Below, piece by piece: positions 11,661 to 21,859 of a stretch of DNA of 64,000 bases. The position numbers were made by a program, and so were the translations under genes. The stretch is from Candidatus Marinacidobacterales bacterium. Lineage in GTDB: Bacteria > Acidobacteriota > Vicinamibacteria > Marinacidobacterales > DATDRI01. Location: positions 2,528,001 through 2,592,000 of the forward strand of contig CBDCNP010000002.1 of the NCBI GenBank assembly GCA_965219415.1. The letters are read 5' to 3'. The stretch's first letter is position 1. Each line of letters begins with the position of its first letter. Under the pieces are notes generated by a model, which worked only from the letters and a program-made list of their open reading frames with translations, was not told the origin of the DNA and did not search any database.

Positions 11661-11733
11661 TGAAGTGACCCCGCTTTCGTGGACAGGTTAAGAGTTAGGG
11701 ATCAAGCGGCGCGATAGTACCTCCTTTCGAATT
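11661..11733 (-). mobile_element. IS3-family right-end remnant
   Basis: TGAAGTGACCCCGCTTTCGTGGACA terminal repeat and OrfB-like tail FERRYYRAA-stop; cut by IS256. Confidence 0.6.
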
Positions 11734-13089
11734 GGGGATCCGTCCCGCTTCCCGTGGAAATAAGAATGGCGTAACCTCCGGTTAAGCAAAACCAAACCAC
11801 GCCTGTAAAGGCGAGGAGGAGGATTACGCCATGAAGAAGCCTACCACCATATCGAAGGAGTCTGTAAGCGAGTACCGGGAGTTCGTCCAACTTCGGCTGC
11901 GTATGCGGGTACTGGAGGCGATCGAGGTTGTGCTCGAGGAAGAAGTCGACCAAGCGCTGGGGTGTTGTAGCTACGAGCGTGCGGAAGACCGCCGTGGATA
12001 TCGCAACGGAGCCGAAACCCGTCGCGTGACGACGTCGGTGGGAACTCGCGAGCTCCGGGTGCCACGAGCCCGCGTGCGAGACGAGGAAACGGGAGAAACG
12101 ACAGAGTTCAGGAGCGAGCTGTTGCTCCGGTACGCGCGCCGGACTCGTGAGGTCGACGAGGCGATCTTGGGGACGTACTTGTCGGGCGCGAATAGCCGCC
12201 GGATCCGCAAAGCGCTGAAACCACTGCTCGGTGAGGAGCACCTATCGAAGAGCGCGGTGTCTCGCGTGGTTAGCCGGCTGAAGGAGCGCTTCGAGGAATG
12301 GCAGAACCGTGCTCTCAGCGAGGAGGTCTACGCGATCGTTTACCTGGACGGCTTCCACCTGAAAGTGCGGATGGCGAAACGTGTGATCAGCGTACTCGTA
12401 CTGGCCGCGCTCGGGGTCGCGCCAGACGGGCAGAAACGTCTGTTGTCATTGCGTCTGGCGGTGAGCGAAGCCTCGACGCATTGGGGCTCCGTGCTGGAGG
12501 GACTCCAGGCTCCCAAGCTAGTGATCAGCGACGGCCACAAGGGGCTGACGAAAGCGCTGGAGAAGTGGCCGGGGTGCCGGTTGCAGCGATGTACCGAGCA
12601 CAAGCGCGCCAACTTGCTCCAACATTGCCCGGCGCACGCACGCCGTGAGCTCCGGCGTGACTACAACCGGATCGTCTACGCCAAGAACGGGTTCGATGCT
12701 CGCAAAGCCTATGACGAGCTCGTCGCCAAGTGGACGCCTCTCGCGCCGGCCGTCGTCCGAAGCCTAGAGGAGGCCGGTAATCAGCTGCTGACCTTCTACG
12801 AATTCCCTCGTGCCATGTGGAAATCGACTCGAACGACCAATGCTCTGGAGAATCTCAACCTCGAGTTTCGACGCCGGACGAAAACCCAAGCGTCGTTCTC
12901 CAGCGAGGAGTCTGCGGTCGCTTTGCTGTTTGGGCTTATCGCCTCTGGCCAGATTCAACTACGACGCATCGACGGCTACCAACGTCTGAGCGAGGTTCTC
13001 GAACACGCGGAGGTTCCCGCCTGATATGATACTCTGATGACGGAGTGGAGGGCACCGTTCTTTTTCCACGGACCTCGGGACACATCCCC
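11734..13089 (+). mobile_element. IS256-family element
   Basis: Inverted repeats GGGGATCCGTCCCGCTTCCCGTGGAAATAAGA / GGGGATGTGTCCCGAGGTCCGTGGAAAAAGAA; no target duplication. Confidence 0.9.
11831..13024 (+). CDS. IS256 (mutator-type) transposase
   Basis: GYRNG, YLDG, ISDGHKGL, QRC..H, TTNALE; possible short in-frame deletion at VLEGLQAP. Confidence 0.92.
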   Translation: MKKPTTISKESVSEYREFVQLRLRMRVLEAIEVVLEEEVDQALGCCSYERAEDRRGYRNGAETRRVTTSVGTRELRVPRARVRDEETGETTEFRSELLLRYARRTREVDEAILGTYLSGANSRRIRKALKPLLGEEHLSKSAVSRVVSRLKERFEEWQNRALSEEVYAIVYLDGFHLKVRMAKRVISVLVLAALGVAPDGQKRLLSLRLAVSEASTHWGSVLEGLQAPKLVISDGHKGLTKALEKWPGCRLQRCTEHKRANLLQHCPAHARRELRRDYNRIVYAKNGFDARKAYDELVAKWTPLAPAVVRSLEEAGNQLLTFYEFPRAMWKSTRTTNALENLNLEFRRRTKTQASFSSEESAVALLFGLIASGQIQLRRIDGYQRLSEVLEHAEVPA

Positions 13090-13135
13090 GGGGCGGTTCA
13101 CTTTCAACGGTTGTGTTCGCGCCGGCAATCGAGTC

Positions 13136-13654
13136 TTACCAGAACCCATCCTTCCGCAGTTCCTCTTTACGATCCTCGGCCTGCGCTTCACGCTCGTACT
13201 GGTCAGCGACCCGTCTCAAGAGTTCCGCGGTCCGCGTCCAACGCTGATTGAGTGAAGCTGACCGAGCTGAATACTGAGCCGCTAAACGCCGTTCCTGGCC
13301 ACCGCCACCCAGTGGATCGCGGCTCACTACACCGCGACTGTTGTAGATCTCGATTTCAAGCCCGTCTTCGATCTGCGGATTCTTGAGCTGCTCGAGGATC
13401 TTGCGTAGCGCCCTCGTGAGGCCAGATACCATCCCCGCCCAGTCGGAACGTACCTGAGGATCCGTCCAATGTACTGCTCAGCCACCGTGCGTCGGCGTGC
13501 CGCACTGGAAAGTTCCAATGTCTGTCCGATCCACGCAACAAGCACATCAGCATCCATCGTAGAAGCATCGGCAGAAACGCCGGGCGGTGTCTTCCAGCTT
13601 CCAAGAACGGCGTACGCCGTCTGCGCACGCCGCGCATCAGCCTCCGACACTTCG
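13136..13654 (-). pseudogene. C-terminal fragment of a conserved large protein, probably defence-associated; frameshifted
   Basis: DGIWPHE.. then IYNSRGVVSR..GG.QERRLA.QY..RWTRTAELL..ADQYEREA across frames; bounded by IS256 and MITE-A. Function is inferred. Confidence 0.5.
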
Positions 13655-13820
13655 GGTGCTTGCGCTGTTTGCTGTTGGTGATGTGTACGTATCCCTTTGC
13701 AAAAAAAGAGCTTACGCTCCATTTAGCACGCAGCGAAAATCGTGAGCGCTATTTTAGCTGTAATTTAATGCAGCGTAAAGTCTTAGCGTCATTTTACCAA
13801 CACTTAATGGCGGAAGCACC
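13655..13820. mobile_element. MITE family A, second full copy
   Basis: Aligns end to end with 2296-2460; GGTGCTT...AAGCACC termini. Confidence 0.85.
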
Positions 13821-14326
13821 ACCGGTTGATTAACTTGGCATCAGAAGACTTGAGAGTGTGAGCCAGTTCGAACTTCATTGGAGTGACGTTAGTCGAGTGA
13901 CGAGTGAAGTAGGACGGTATTATAAACGCTTCGATGTAGTTCACGACCGTGTTTCTTAACATTCGTCGGGTTGGCCAACCGCGACCCCGGGCGAAGATCT
14001 GGATCCAGGTCTGGGAAAAGAGGACATCAAGGAGGCTGGACCGCACCTGGACCAGAACGTGCTAGCCTGCTGCGCGGCGGTAGCCACGACCTCGATTCTG
14101 GGCCTCTCGGGCGGCCTCCTTTCCGCTACTGCACGACCCTGTCAGCGCCCGTTTTCCTATTTGGCGCAAAGGTGTCCCTCGAAAATCGGAATTAGAGACG
14201 AAAACCGAAAATGGGGCCCTTTCCGCCCTTCTAGCGCGTCTCTGGTGACACCTATCCCTGCAAAACCCCGCCAACCGCGCGAAAAATCTCATCCGTCTCT
14301 GCAGTGCCACAATTGGGCAGACTGGG

Positions 14327-14422
14327 TGGCGGAGAGGGTGGGATTCGAACCCACGTGCCCGGTTACTAACCGGACAAGACGCTTTCGAGGCGCCCCCGTT
14401 ACGACCACTTCGGTACCTCTCC
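14327..14422 (-). tRNA. tRNA-Ser(CGA)
   Basis: GGAGAGG..; anticodon arm GGCGC-CT-CGA-AA-GCGTC; long variable arm; GGTTCGAATCC T-loop; encoded CCA. Confidence 0.97.
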
Positions 14423-14485
14423 GCGCGAGTGCCCGTCGATTCGACGACGTTGTTAAAGGTAGGATTGGGTCTCTAGAGCTTCCTC

Positions 14486-14920
14486 CTATATGTGATCCCG
14501 CCGGTGGCGGAAAAAGTCCTGCATCAGTTTTCGGCAGTCATGCTCGAGAACACCGGAAATGACTGCCAGCCGGTGCGGCACCCGGATGCTTTCTAGATTC
14601 AAAATAGATTCCACGGCCCCGAACTTGGGCTCCTTCGCTCCGTAAACCAGCGTGCTGACCCGCGCGTGAACGATGGCTCCGATGCACATCAGGCACGGCT
14701 CCACCGTTACATATAGCGTCAACCCCCGGAGTCGATAATCCCCAAGCTCCTTCGCGGCTTGGCGAATGGCGACCAGCTCGGCGTGCGCTGTGGGGTCGAC
14801 CGAATGGATGGGCTGATTGAACCCCGTCGCGACGATCTCCTGGTCCTTGGCTAGAATGGCGCCTATCGGCACCTCTCCCAAGTGGAGTGCTTTATGCGCC
14901 GCCTCCAGGGCGTGTTGCAT
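14486..14920 (-). CDS. tadA: tRNA adenosine(34) deaminase
   Basis: GEVPIGA, HAE, EPCLMC, GAKEPKFGA; sits upstream of tRNA-Ser. Confidence 0.95.
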   Translation of the reverse strand: MQHALEAAHKALHLGEVPIGAILAKDQEIVATGFNQPIHSVDPTAHAELVAIRQAAKELGDYRLRGLTLYVTVEPCLMCIGAIVHARVSTLVYGAKEPKFGAVESILNLESIRVPHRLAVISGVLEHDCRKLMQDFFRHRRDHI

Positions 14921-15070
14921 TAGCTGTTCGTGCGTCCCGATCCCTGAGTCCTCAGCGACGATGTTTCCGCGCCTCGCCCAGTACCCCGAAAGTCACTCGT
15001 CGCAAGCACATTATATAGGAACCATCCGACTTCGCGCCCGATTGCCCACTGAAATCCTAACGGCCCGAGG

Positions 15071-15148
15071 TGCTAAAAATTTAGCAAAAAGACTTGACAG
15101 GTCGGAGCCTCAATGCTAAATTTCCAGCATAATGCTGAAATACTAGCA
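15071..15148 (+). promoter_or_regulatory. Sigma70 promoter overlapped by three 16-bp palindromic operators (TGCTA-N6-TAGCA type)
   Basis: TTGACA 15094-15099, 17 bp, TGc-TAAATT 15117-15122; boxes at 15071-15086, 15114-15129 and 15133-15148. Confidence 0.8.
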
Positions 15149-15177
15149 CGGGCGGAAATTCGAGGAGGCTAAGACAC

Positions 15178-15585
15178 GTGACAAAGAAACATTCGATGGG
15201 CGAGAAAGCGTATCTAGGTTTGAGCACCCGGGAAAGGCAAATCATGGACTTGTTGTATCGCTTCGGCCAAGCCACTGCGGCCGAAGTCCAGACCAACCTT
15301 CCCGATCCTCCGAGTTACTCGGCGGTGCGGGCCACGCTTCGCATCCTGGAAGAAAAGGGACACGTTAGCCACGACCAGGACGGCCCGCGCTACGTCTTCA
15401 CTCCTACCGTGGGGCAGGACAAGGCGAAGCGCTCTGCCATTCAGCACCTTCTTTACACCTTCTTTAACGGATCGACCGAGCAGGCGGTAGCCACGTTGCT
15501 GGACGACTCAACCGCCGATCTTTCGCCCGAAGAGCTGAGCCGCCTCGCAGAGCTGATCGACAAGGCGCGCGCGAAAGGAGCCTAG
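15178..15585 (+). CDS. BlaI/MecI/CopY family transcriptional repressor
   Basis: LSTRERQIMDLLY..SYSAVRATLRILEEKGHV; followed by an M56 gene. Confidence 0.92.
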   Translation: MTKKHSMGEKAYLGLSTRERQIMDLLYRFGQATAAEVQTNLPDPPSYSAVRATLRILEEKGHVSHDQDGPRYVFTPTVGQDKAKRSAIQHLLYTFFNGSTEQAVATLLDDSTADLSPEELSRLAELIDKARAKGA

Positions 15586-15587
15586 CC

Positions 15588-16560
15588 ATGTCTTGGACCC
15601 TCTTCACTGCGAACATCCTCGTCAAAGGATTCGTTATCCTAGGCGTGGCGACTCTGATGACCCTCGCACTACGACGAGCCTCGGCTGCAGCACGACATGC
15701 GGTTTGGGCCCTGGCGCTACTCAGTCTCCTGGCGTTGCCTTTCTTGTCCTCGGCGTTGCCCTCCTGGCGAATGCCGGTACCGGAGATGTTGCTGCCGGTC
15801 GCGCCTTCGTTCGAAGCACCTCGAGAGCTCAACCCGATGCCACTCCCTCCCAAGCTCGCCGCCGCGCACGAGCCGGCCGCTAGACACCAAGCGAAGGCAA
15901 CGGCCTCTTCTCGAACACCGATCACTTCGCCCCAGGATCCACGGCCATCGGGTGCTCCCTCAGAGCCGTCACCGATTCAGAGCTCCATGACCTGGCAAAC
16001 CTGGGATCCTCACGATCTGGCTGGGCGGTTTCGCGCTTTTCGCTTCGCGCATCCTCGTTGGGCTGGTTCGAAGCCGAATTGCCGTCCGCTCGGCAGCCGA
16101 GATCAAAGATCCCTCGTGGAAACTTCTGTGTGAAGAAATCGCAGATCGGTTCGAGATCGCGCAAAGAGTCAGGCTGCTACAAAGTCCCCGCTCAGCATTG
16201 CCTGTCACTTGTGGATTCTTCCGCTCCTCGGTGCTCCTACCAGAAAGCGCCAATGAATGGACGCTGGATAGGCGGCGGAGTGTGTTGCTTCATGAGATGG
16301 CTCACGTGAAGCGTCGGGACTGCCTCGTCCAGTTCTTGGCACAACTGACCTGCGCCGCACACTGGTGCAACCCGGCTGCGTGGTTTGCGGCAAGGGAGTT
16401 GCGGCGTGAGAGCGAGCGAGCCTGCGACGATCTGGTATTGCACGCCGGTACCCGCCCCTCCGACTACGCACACGACCTTCTCGACATGGCTCGGGCATTG
16501 ACCACCACTCCGACGCCCACCCTGGCCGCGGTCACACTCGCGCATCGTTCAAGACTGGAA
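15588..16560 (+). pseudogene. M56 (BlaR1-like) metallopeptidase, frameshifted near 16004 and 3'-deleted
   Basis: RRASAAARHAVW, HEMAHVKRRD, ERACDD; ends at SRLE, fused to the permease. Confidence 0.85.
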
Positions 16561-18923
16561 ACGCCCCGGGTTCACGCTAGTGGCGGTTCTCACCTTGGCT
16601 CTGGGTATCGGCGGAACGACCGCGATCTTCAGCGTGGTGAACGCCGTCCTGCTTCGGCCACTTCCGTTCCCAGAGTCGGATCGTCTAGCGATGGTGTGGG
16701 AAAGAAAGTTAGGCGACCCCAGCGATCGGAACGTCGTCGCCCCGGGCAATTTCGTGGAATGGGACGCACAGCAGGGCGTCTTCGAGCAAGTGGCCGGTTT
16801 CTGGCGAAGCTTGTTCATCCTTACCGGTGAAGGGGATCCGGAAGAGCTGGTCGCCATCGTCACGTCACCCGGCATGTTCCAGCTGCTGGGCGTCGAGCCG
16901 ATCCTAGGAAGAACCTTCCACGGCTTCGGAGCCGAGGATCAGCAGGCGGTCGTGCTCAGCCATCGTTTCTGGCGGAATCGGTTTGGCGGCGACCCGGATA
17001 TCGTTGGAGACACCCTTACTCTAGACGGTGTACCTCAAACGGTCATCGGTGTCTTACCGCCGGGTCCTTCCCTCCTAGAAAGAAGACGTCGATTTGTGGA
17101 GGCCCACCGATTTCGCATGGGCGAATCGGACGGATATGGGTCGCTGGATTCGGGTCTTGGGTCGATTAAAGGAAGGGACGACCCTAGCGCAAGCCCAGGC
17201 CGAAATGGACACCATCGCCGCCCGTTTAGAAAAAGTAGATCCGAGCTTCAACACCGGGTGGCGCGTCAACGTCGTGCCACTCGGTGAAGAGCTGGTCGGC
17301 AACATTCGCCTCTCCCTTCTCGTTCTGTTGGGAGCGGTCGGCTTCCTTCTTCTTATTGCTTGTACCAATGTCGCGAACTTGTTCCTCGTTCGGGGCGCCG
17401 CTCGGCGTAAGGAGATCGCGGTGCGCGCCGCCTTGGGTGCAGGACGCGGACGCTTGGTTCAGGAGCTTCTCACCGAGACCATGCTCCTTGCCGGGTTCGG
17501 CGGAGTGGCCGGTTTGGGGTTAGCCATTTTCGGAATTCCTCTTCTCCTCTCTCTGGTCCCGACCGATCTGTTTCTCCCGCGCGCCGAGTCCATCGGTGTG
17601 GACAAGGCTGTGCTTGGCTTTGCCATGCTCTTGTCGCTCCTCACCGGCACTGTTTTCGGGTTGATCCCAGCTCTCGAAGGCTCGCGGTTCGATGTCAATC
17701 AAGCGCTGCGTGAAGGAGGGAGAAATGTGGGTGAGGGAGCCCGAGGACGGCGTTTTCGAGCCGGGCTGGTCATCGCGGAGGTCGCCCTGGCTCTGATGCT
17801 TCTCGTGGGTGCGGGTCTCCTCGTTCGCAGCCTGATGAGCCTCCATCGAGTGGAGACCAGGCTCGATCCCGGGGGCGTCCTCACGGCTCGAGTCGTACTT
17901 CCGCGGCGCACGTATGAGGAGGACCCGCAGCGGGTCGTGTTCTTCAAAGATGTTCTGGAGCGTGTTCGCTCGTTACCCGGCGTGATCTCCGCCAGCGCGA
18001 TTCAGTGGCTTCCTTTTAGCGGACAGAGCTCCGCCACTGATTTCAAGATCGAAGCCTTGCCAGAGCCACCGCCTGGTGAGTGGCCGGTCACGGCCATTCG
18101 GGTTGTCTCGCTCGACTATTTCCGCGCCGTACGAACTCCGTTGTTAAAGGGGAGAACGTTCACCGAACGAGACCACGCCGACGCACCCGCGGTGGCGGTC
18201 ATCAACAAGACGTTGGCCGAACAGTTCTGGCCCGGCGAAGACCCGATTGGAAAACGCCTCGCCTACAGTTGGGACGATCTCGTGTCCGTCGAGGTCATCG
18301 GCGTAGTCGGCGACGTTCGACACAATGGTCTAGATACTGATCTCTCGCCCGCACTTTTCCGGCCCCATCAACAGATGCCGTCCAACTACATGAACCTCGT
18401 GGTGCGAACCTCCGGCGATCCCGCGATGCTCACACCGGTCATCCGAGGCGTAGTTCAAGCCGTCGACACCGACCAGCCGATTGCGGAAGTACGGACCTTG
18501 GACAGCATCGTGGCGCGATCCATCGGCCAACCACGTTTCAACACTTTGCTGCTCGTTCAGTTTGCAGCGCTGGCTTTACTTCTGGCGGCGGTGGGCATCT
18601 ACGGAGTGATGTCAGACTTCGTGATGCAGAGAACAAAAGAGATCGGTGTTCGCATGGCAGTGGGCGCCCGTGCCACCGACGTTCTGAAGATGGTGCTCGG
18701 CAAGGGCTTGGTTCTCGTGACCTTGGGCTTGTCTATCGGAATCGCCGGCGCCTTGGCGCTGACCCGCTTGTTGGAAAGTCTCTTGTTCGGTGTCACCCCG
18801 GCCGACGTGGCAACGTACGTCGCCGTGGCGTTCCTCTTGAGCCTCGTCGCCGTCGTCGCCATCCTCCTGCCTGCCCTTCGCGCCACCAGAGTCGATCCCC
18901 TCACCGCTCTCCACTACGAGTAA
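16556..18923 (+). pseudogene. ADOP/MacB-like duplicated ABC permease, lacking its start, frameshift near 17075
   Basis: [33 protein letters not shown]; LLIACTNVANL; RTKEIGVRMAVGA; VDPLTALHYE. Confidence 0.85.
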
Positions 18924-18932
18924 ACTAGGCTC

Positions 18933-20168
18933 ATGAGCCTCACCGTTGACACCGTGATCGTTGACGGCATCGTCGCAACCCTGAAGCCCGGATCTGAACC
19001 GTACGGGCAGCTCAGTGATGCCGTCATCGGGATCACCGACGGCCGCATCAGCTATGTCGGTCCGGAGGTCGGTGTCGAAGCAAGGAAGCGCTGGTCGGTC
19101 GGCGGCCGGCTGGTCACACCCGCCCTCATCGACTGTCACACCCACCTCGTGTTCGGAGGCGAACGCATCACCGAGTTCGAGCGACGACTCGGCGGCGCCA
19201 CCTACGAGGAGATCGCCAGCGCCGGCGGTGGAATTCTTTCGACAGTCGCAGCCACCAGAGCGGCGTCGGACGACGAGCTTTTTGACTCCGGCGCTCGTCA
19301 CATCCGCTGGCTACTGCAGAGCGGCGTCGCCACGGTGGAGATCAAATCGGGCTACGGGCTGGATGCCCACCATGAGCTACGGATGTTGCGTGTGGCCCGA
19401 CGTCTCGGCGAAGCGTTGCCGGTGCGGGTCGTGACGTCACTCCTCGCGGCTCACGCCATCCCTCCCGAACATCGAGCCGATCCGAACCGATATATCTCCG
19501 TGATCTGCGAAGACATGATCCCGGCCGCAGCCGAAGAGCGTTTGGCCGACGCGGTGGATGCGTTCAGCGAACGAATTGCATTCACGCCGGCACAGGTCCG
19601 CCGAGTCTTCGACGCCGCACGCGACGCCCATCTGGCCGTGCGATTGCACGCCGACCAGTTAAGCGACTTGGGCGGTGCCGCGTTGGCAGCCGAGTATGAC
19701 GCGCTGTCTGCGGATCACCTCGAACATGCGTCCGATGCGGGCTTGAAAGCCTTGGCGACGGCGGGCACGGTCGCGGTACTCATCCCCGGTGCGTCGGCGT
19801 TCTTGAACGAAGAGGCCCGCCCACCGATCGCAAGGATGCGGGAGGCGGGCGTGCGGATTGCGGTTTCGACCGATCTCAATCCCGGGACCGCTCCCTTCGG
19901 CTCGCTGCAAGAAACCATGGCTTTGGCCAGCGCTCGCTTCCGTCTAACGCCTGAGGAGACGCTGGCGGGAACCACTCGCCATGCGGCAGCCGCCCTCGGT
20001 TTGGGGGACACTGGCGTCATCGAGCCCGACATGCGAGCCGACCTTGCAGTTTGGGACGTGAAGTCGCCGGCCGCTTTGTCCTACTGGACCGGGGCGCCGC
20101 TTTGCACCGAGGTTTGGACCGATGGCGTCCTCCACTACGCGAGAGACACGAGCTCCCTTCCTCATTGA
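18933..20168 (+). CDS. hutI: Imidazolonepropionase
   Basis: DCHTHLVFGG, YEEIASAGGGI, EIKSGYGL, HADQLS, DLNPGT. Confidence 0.95.
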   Translation: MSLTVDTVIVDGIVATLKPGSEPYGQLSDAVIGITDGRISYVGPEVGVEARKRWSVGGRLVTPALIDCHTHLVFGGERITEFERRLGGATYEEIASAGGGILSTVAATRAASDDELFDSGARHIRWLLQSGVATVEIKSGYGLDAHHELRMLRVARRLGEALPVRVVTSLLAAHAIPPEHRADPNRYISVICEDMIPAAAEERLADAVDAFSERIAFTPAQVRRVFDAARDAHLAVRLHADQLSDLGGAALAAEYDALSADHLEHASDAGLKALATAGTVAVLIPGASAFLNEEARPPIARMREAGVRIAVSTDLNPGTAPFGSLQETMALASARFRLTPEETLAGTTRHAAAALGLGDTGVIEPDMRADLAVWDVKSPAALSYWTGAPLCTEVWTDGVLHYARDTSSLPH

Positions 20169-20319
20169 CAGTTAGGGGTCCGCCCCCTATCATGTAATCA
20201 AATACAAAATTCAAACCTTTTCAGAATTTCCTGCGACGCACTGACTACGTTTTGCGGTGATTCCACCTGTCTTCAGATACGGTGCACAGCCGAAGACAAC
20301 AACTAGAAGAGGGGGTCCT

Positions 20320-20520
20320 ATGAATCAGGCGCGTGCTATGTGGGCGATGTTGACCGTCGCAGCGACTTACCTTGGTGTAACCGGAGCCTTCGCTCTCCTG
20401 GCTTTTATCGGCCTCGTCCCCTGGACCGAGGCCAGCGAGGTCGTCGAGGCCTTCTCCGCCTTGTCGAGCCTCGGCGTAGGCGGGGTCATCGGGCTTTATT
20501 TGGGCTCCGGTCCCTCCTAG
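20320..20520 (+). CDS. Small membrane protein, hypothetical
   Basis: 66 codons, two hydrophobic segments, GAGGGGG RBS. Confidence 0.45.
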   Translation: MNQARAMWAMLTVAATYLGVTGAFALLAFIGLVPWTEASEVVEAFSALSSLGVGGVIGLYLGSGPS

Positions 20521-20935
20521 CACCCATCAGTAGCGACACTACAAAACAAAGCAAGATGAACCCGATCGTGACGATCGGCGGGTAGATGAAGTACGCGATG
20601 CTGATGGCGAGAAGACCCGCCGTATAACCTGCGGCCATCCAGGTCACGGTTCGAAGGAACGCGTGATCGTCGCCCCGCGCTCGGACCACGACAAGATTCA
20701 GCACTCCAACGAAGACCAGACTGGCCGCCAAGATCAAGCTGTATCCCTTTAGAAAATCCATCATCGAGCGCTCGATCCCACCGAAGTCGAAGCGGTAGGT
20801 GGTCATCAGCTCGAGCAGCGTCTCCTCGGCCTCGTTAGCGGGCTCCGCGTCGGCGAAGTGACCTAGCGTGTGGAGTCCCGCCGTCACGACCATCCCGTAC
20901 GAGGCCAGCTTGAACCAGAAGGTGCTCTTCTTCAT
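20486..20935 (-). CDS. Conserved four-TM membrane protein
   Basis: GLHTLGHF and MMDFLKGYS motifs with hydrophobic helices; co-oriented downstream of the ArsR gene. Confidence 0.7.
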   Translation of the reverse strand: MKKSTFWFKLASYGMVVTAGLHTLGHFADAEPANEAEETLLELMTTYRFDFGGIERSMMDFLKGYSLILAASLVFVGVLNLVVVRARGDDHAFLRTVTWMAAGYTAGLLAISIAYFIYPPIVTIGFILLCFVVSLLMGARRDRSPNKAR

Positions 20936-20948
20936 GTCTTACGCGCGC

Positions 20949-21740
20949 CTATTGGATCAGGTGGGTCGGCAGTGGCTCTCCGGTCTCGAGTAGAGTCTTC
21001 AAGCTGTTGAGAAGAATGGGCCACCCTCCGAAAGTCTCCTTGTAAGTCTTGGTTTCCCCGTCGAACTCATCGTGGATCACGGTGAGCTTCACCAGGTCCG
21101 AGTCTCCGAAACGCCCGATTGTGTACGAGGCACGGGAGGGCTTATCTCCGTTTTGTGGGAAGGAGAAGGTGTGAACGAGTTTCTTTCCCGGTACGACTTC
21201 GAGAATCTTTCCTGTGAGCGCCGATACTTTCTCTCCCTTCTCGTCTTTCATGAAGTAGTTCAACGACGAACCGGGTTCTAGGTCGCTTTCGATCTCGGTG
21301 CCATAAAAGTACTGCCGTGTTCGATCGGGATTAACGAGCGCGTCCCAGACCTTTTCGGGAGTCGAGCGGATATAGAGCACATAAACCTGCTGCAGCTTCG
21401 TTTCTGTGGTCACGGTTTCCTCCTTTTCGAGCCCGTACTTCAAGGCCGTCAACCTGGAAGCCCAGCGGGCGCTGTACTGGGACATCCAGCGGTCGGAAAT
21501 GGCCTGGATGGGGATCGCGTTGAGATAGAGCTCCTTGGTCTTGCCGTTCCGACGCCGCACGATGAGACCCGCGTCCTCCAGGACCCGAAGGTGCTTGAGG
21601 ACGGCATAGCGCGTGAAGGAGAAGTGGGAGGCAAGCTCTGAAACGGTCATTCCGGGCGTTTCCTTTACCAGATCCAGCATCATGCGACGATTGGCGTCGG
21701 CTAGTGCCTTAAATGTTTGACTATCAGAGACTTCATTCAT
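20949..21740 (-). CDS. ArsR/SmtB regulator fused to SRPBCC (AHSA1) domain
   Basis: FKALADANRR..KHLRVLEDAGL; YIRSTPEKVWDAL..GWPILLNSLKTLLETG. Confidence 0.92.
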   Translation of the reverse strand: MNEVSDSQTFKALADANRRMMLDLVKETPGMTVSELASHFSFTRYAVLKHLRVLEDAGLIVRRRNGKTKELYLNAIPIQAISDRWMSQYSARWASRLTALKYGLEKEETVTTETKLQQVYVLYIRSTPEKVWDALVNPDRTRQYFYGTEIESDLEPGSSLNYFMKDEKGEKVSALTGKILEVVPGKKLVHTFSFPQNGDKPSRASYTIGRFGDSDLVKLTVIHDEFDGETKTYKETFGGWPILLNSLKTLLETGEPLPTHLIQ

Positions 21741-21827
21741 GTGAGCTATAAGTCACTTAATCATCGTCCCAGGGAAATATACGGACATAAAAGACGGATG
21801 TCAACATTAAAGTGACCTTTTAGTCAC
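21741..21827 (-). promoter_or_regulatory. Promoter of the ArsR-SRPBCC gene with two GTGAC-N6-GTCAC operators
   Basis: Minus-strand TTGACA 21804-21799, 17 bp, TATATT 21781-21776; palindromes at 21741-21756 and 21812-21827. Confidence 0.75.
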
Positions 21828-21859
21828 TTTTAATAGGTGCCACCCTTTTGTTGGCGAAG

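Noticed and set aside
13821-14326. ORFs between MITE-A and the tRNA
   Set aside because: No consistent coding signal; probably island-end spacer and debris.
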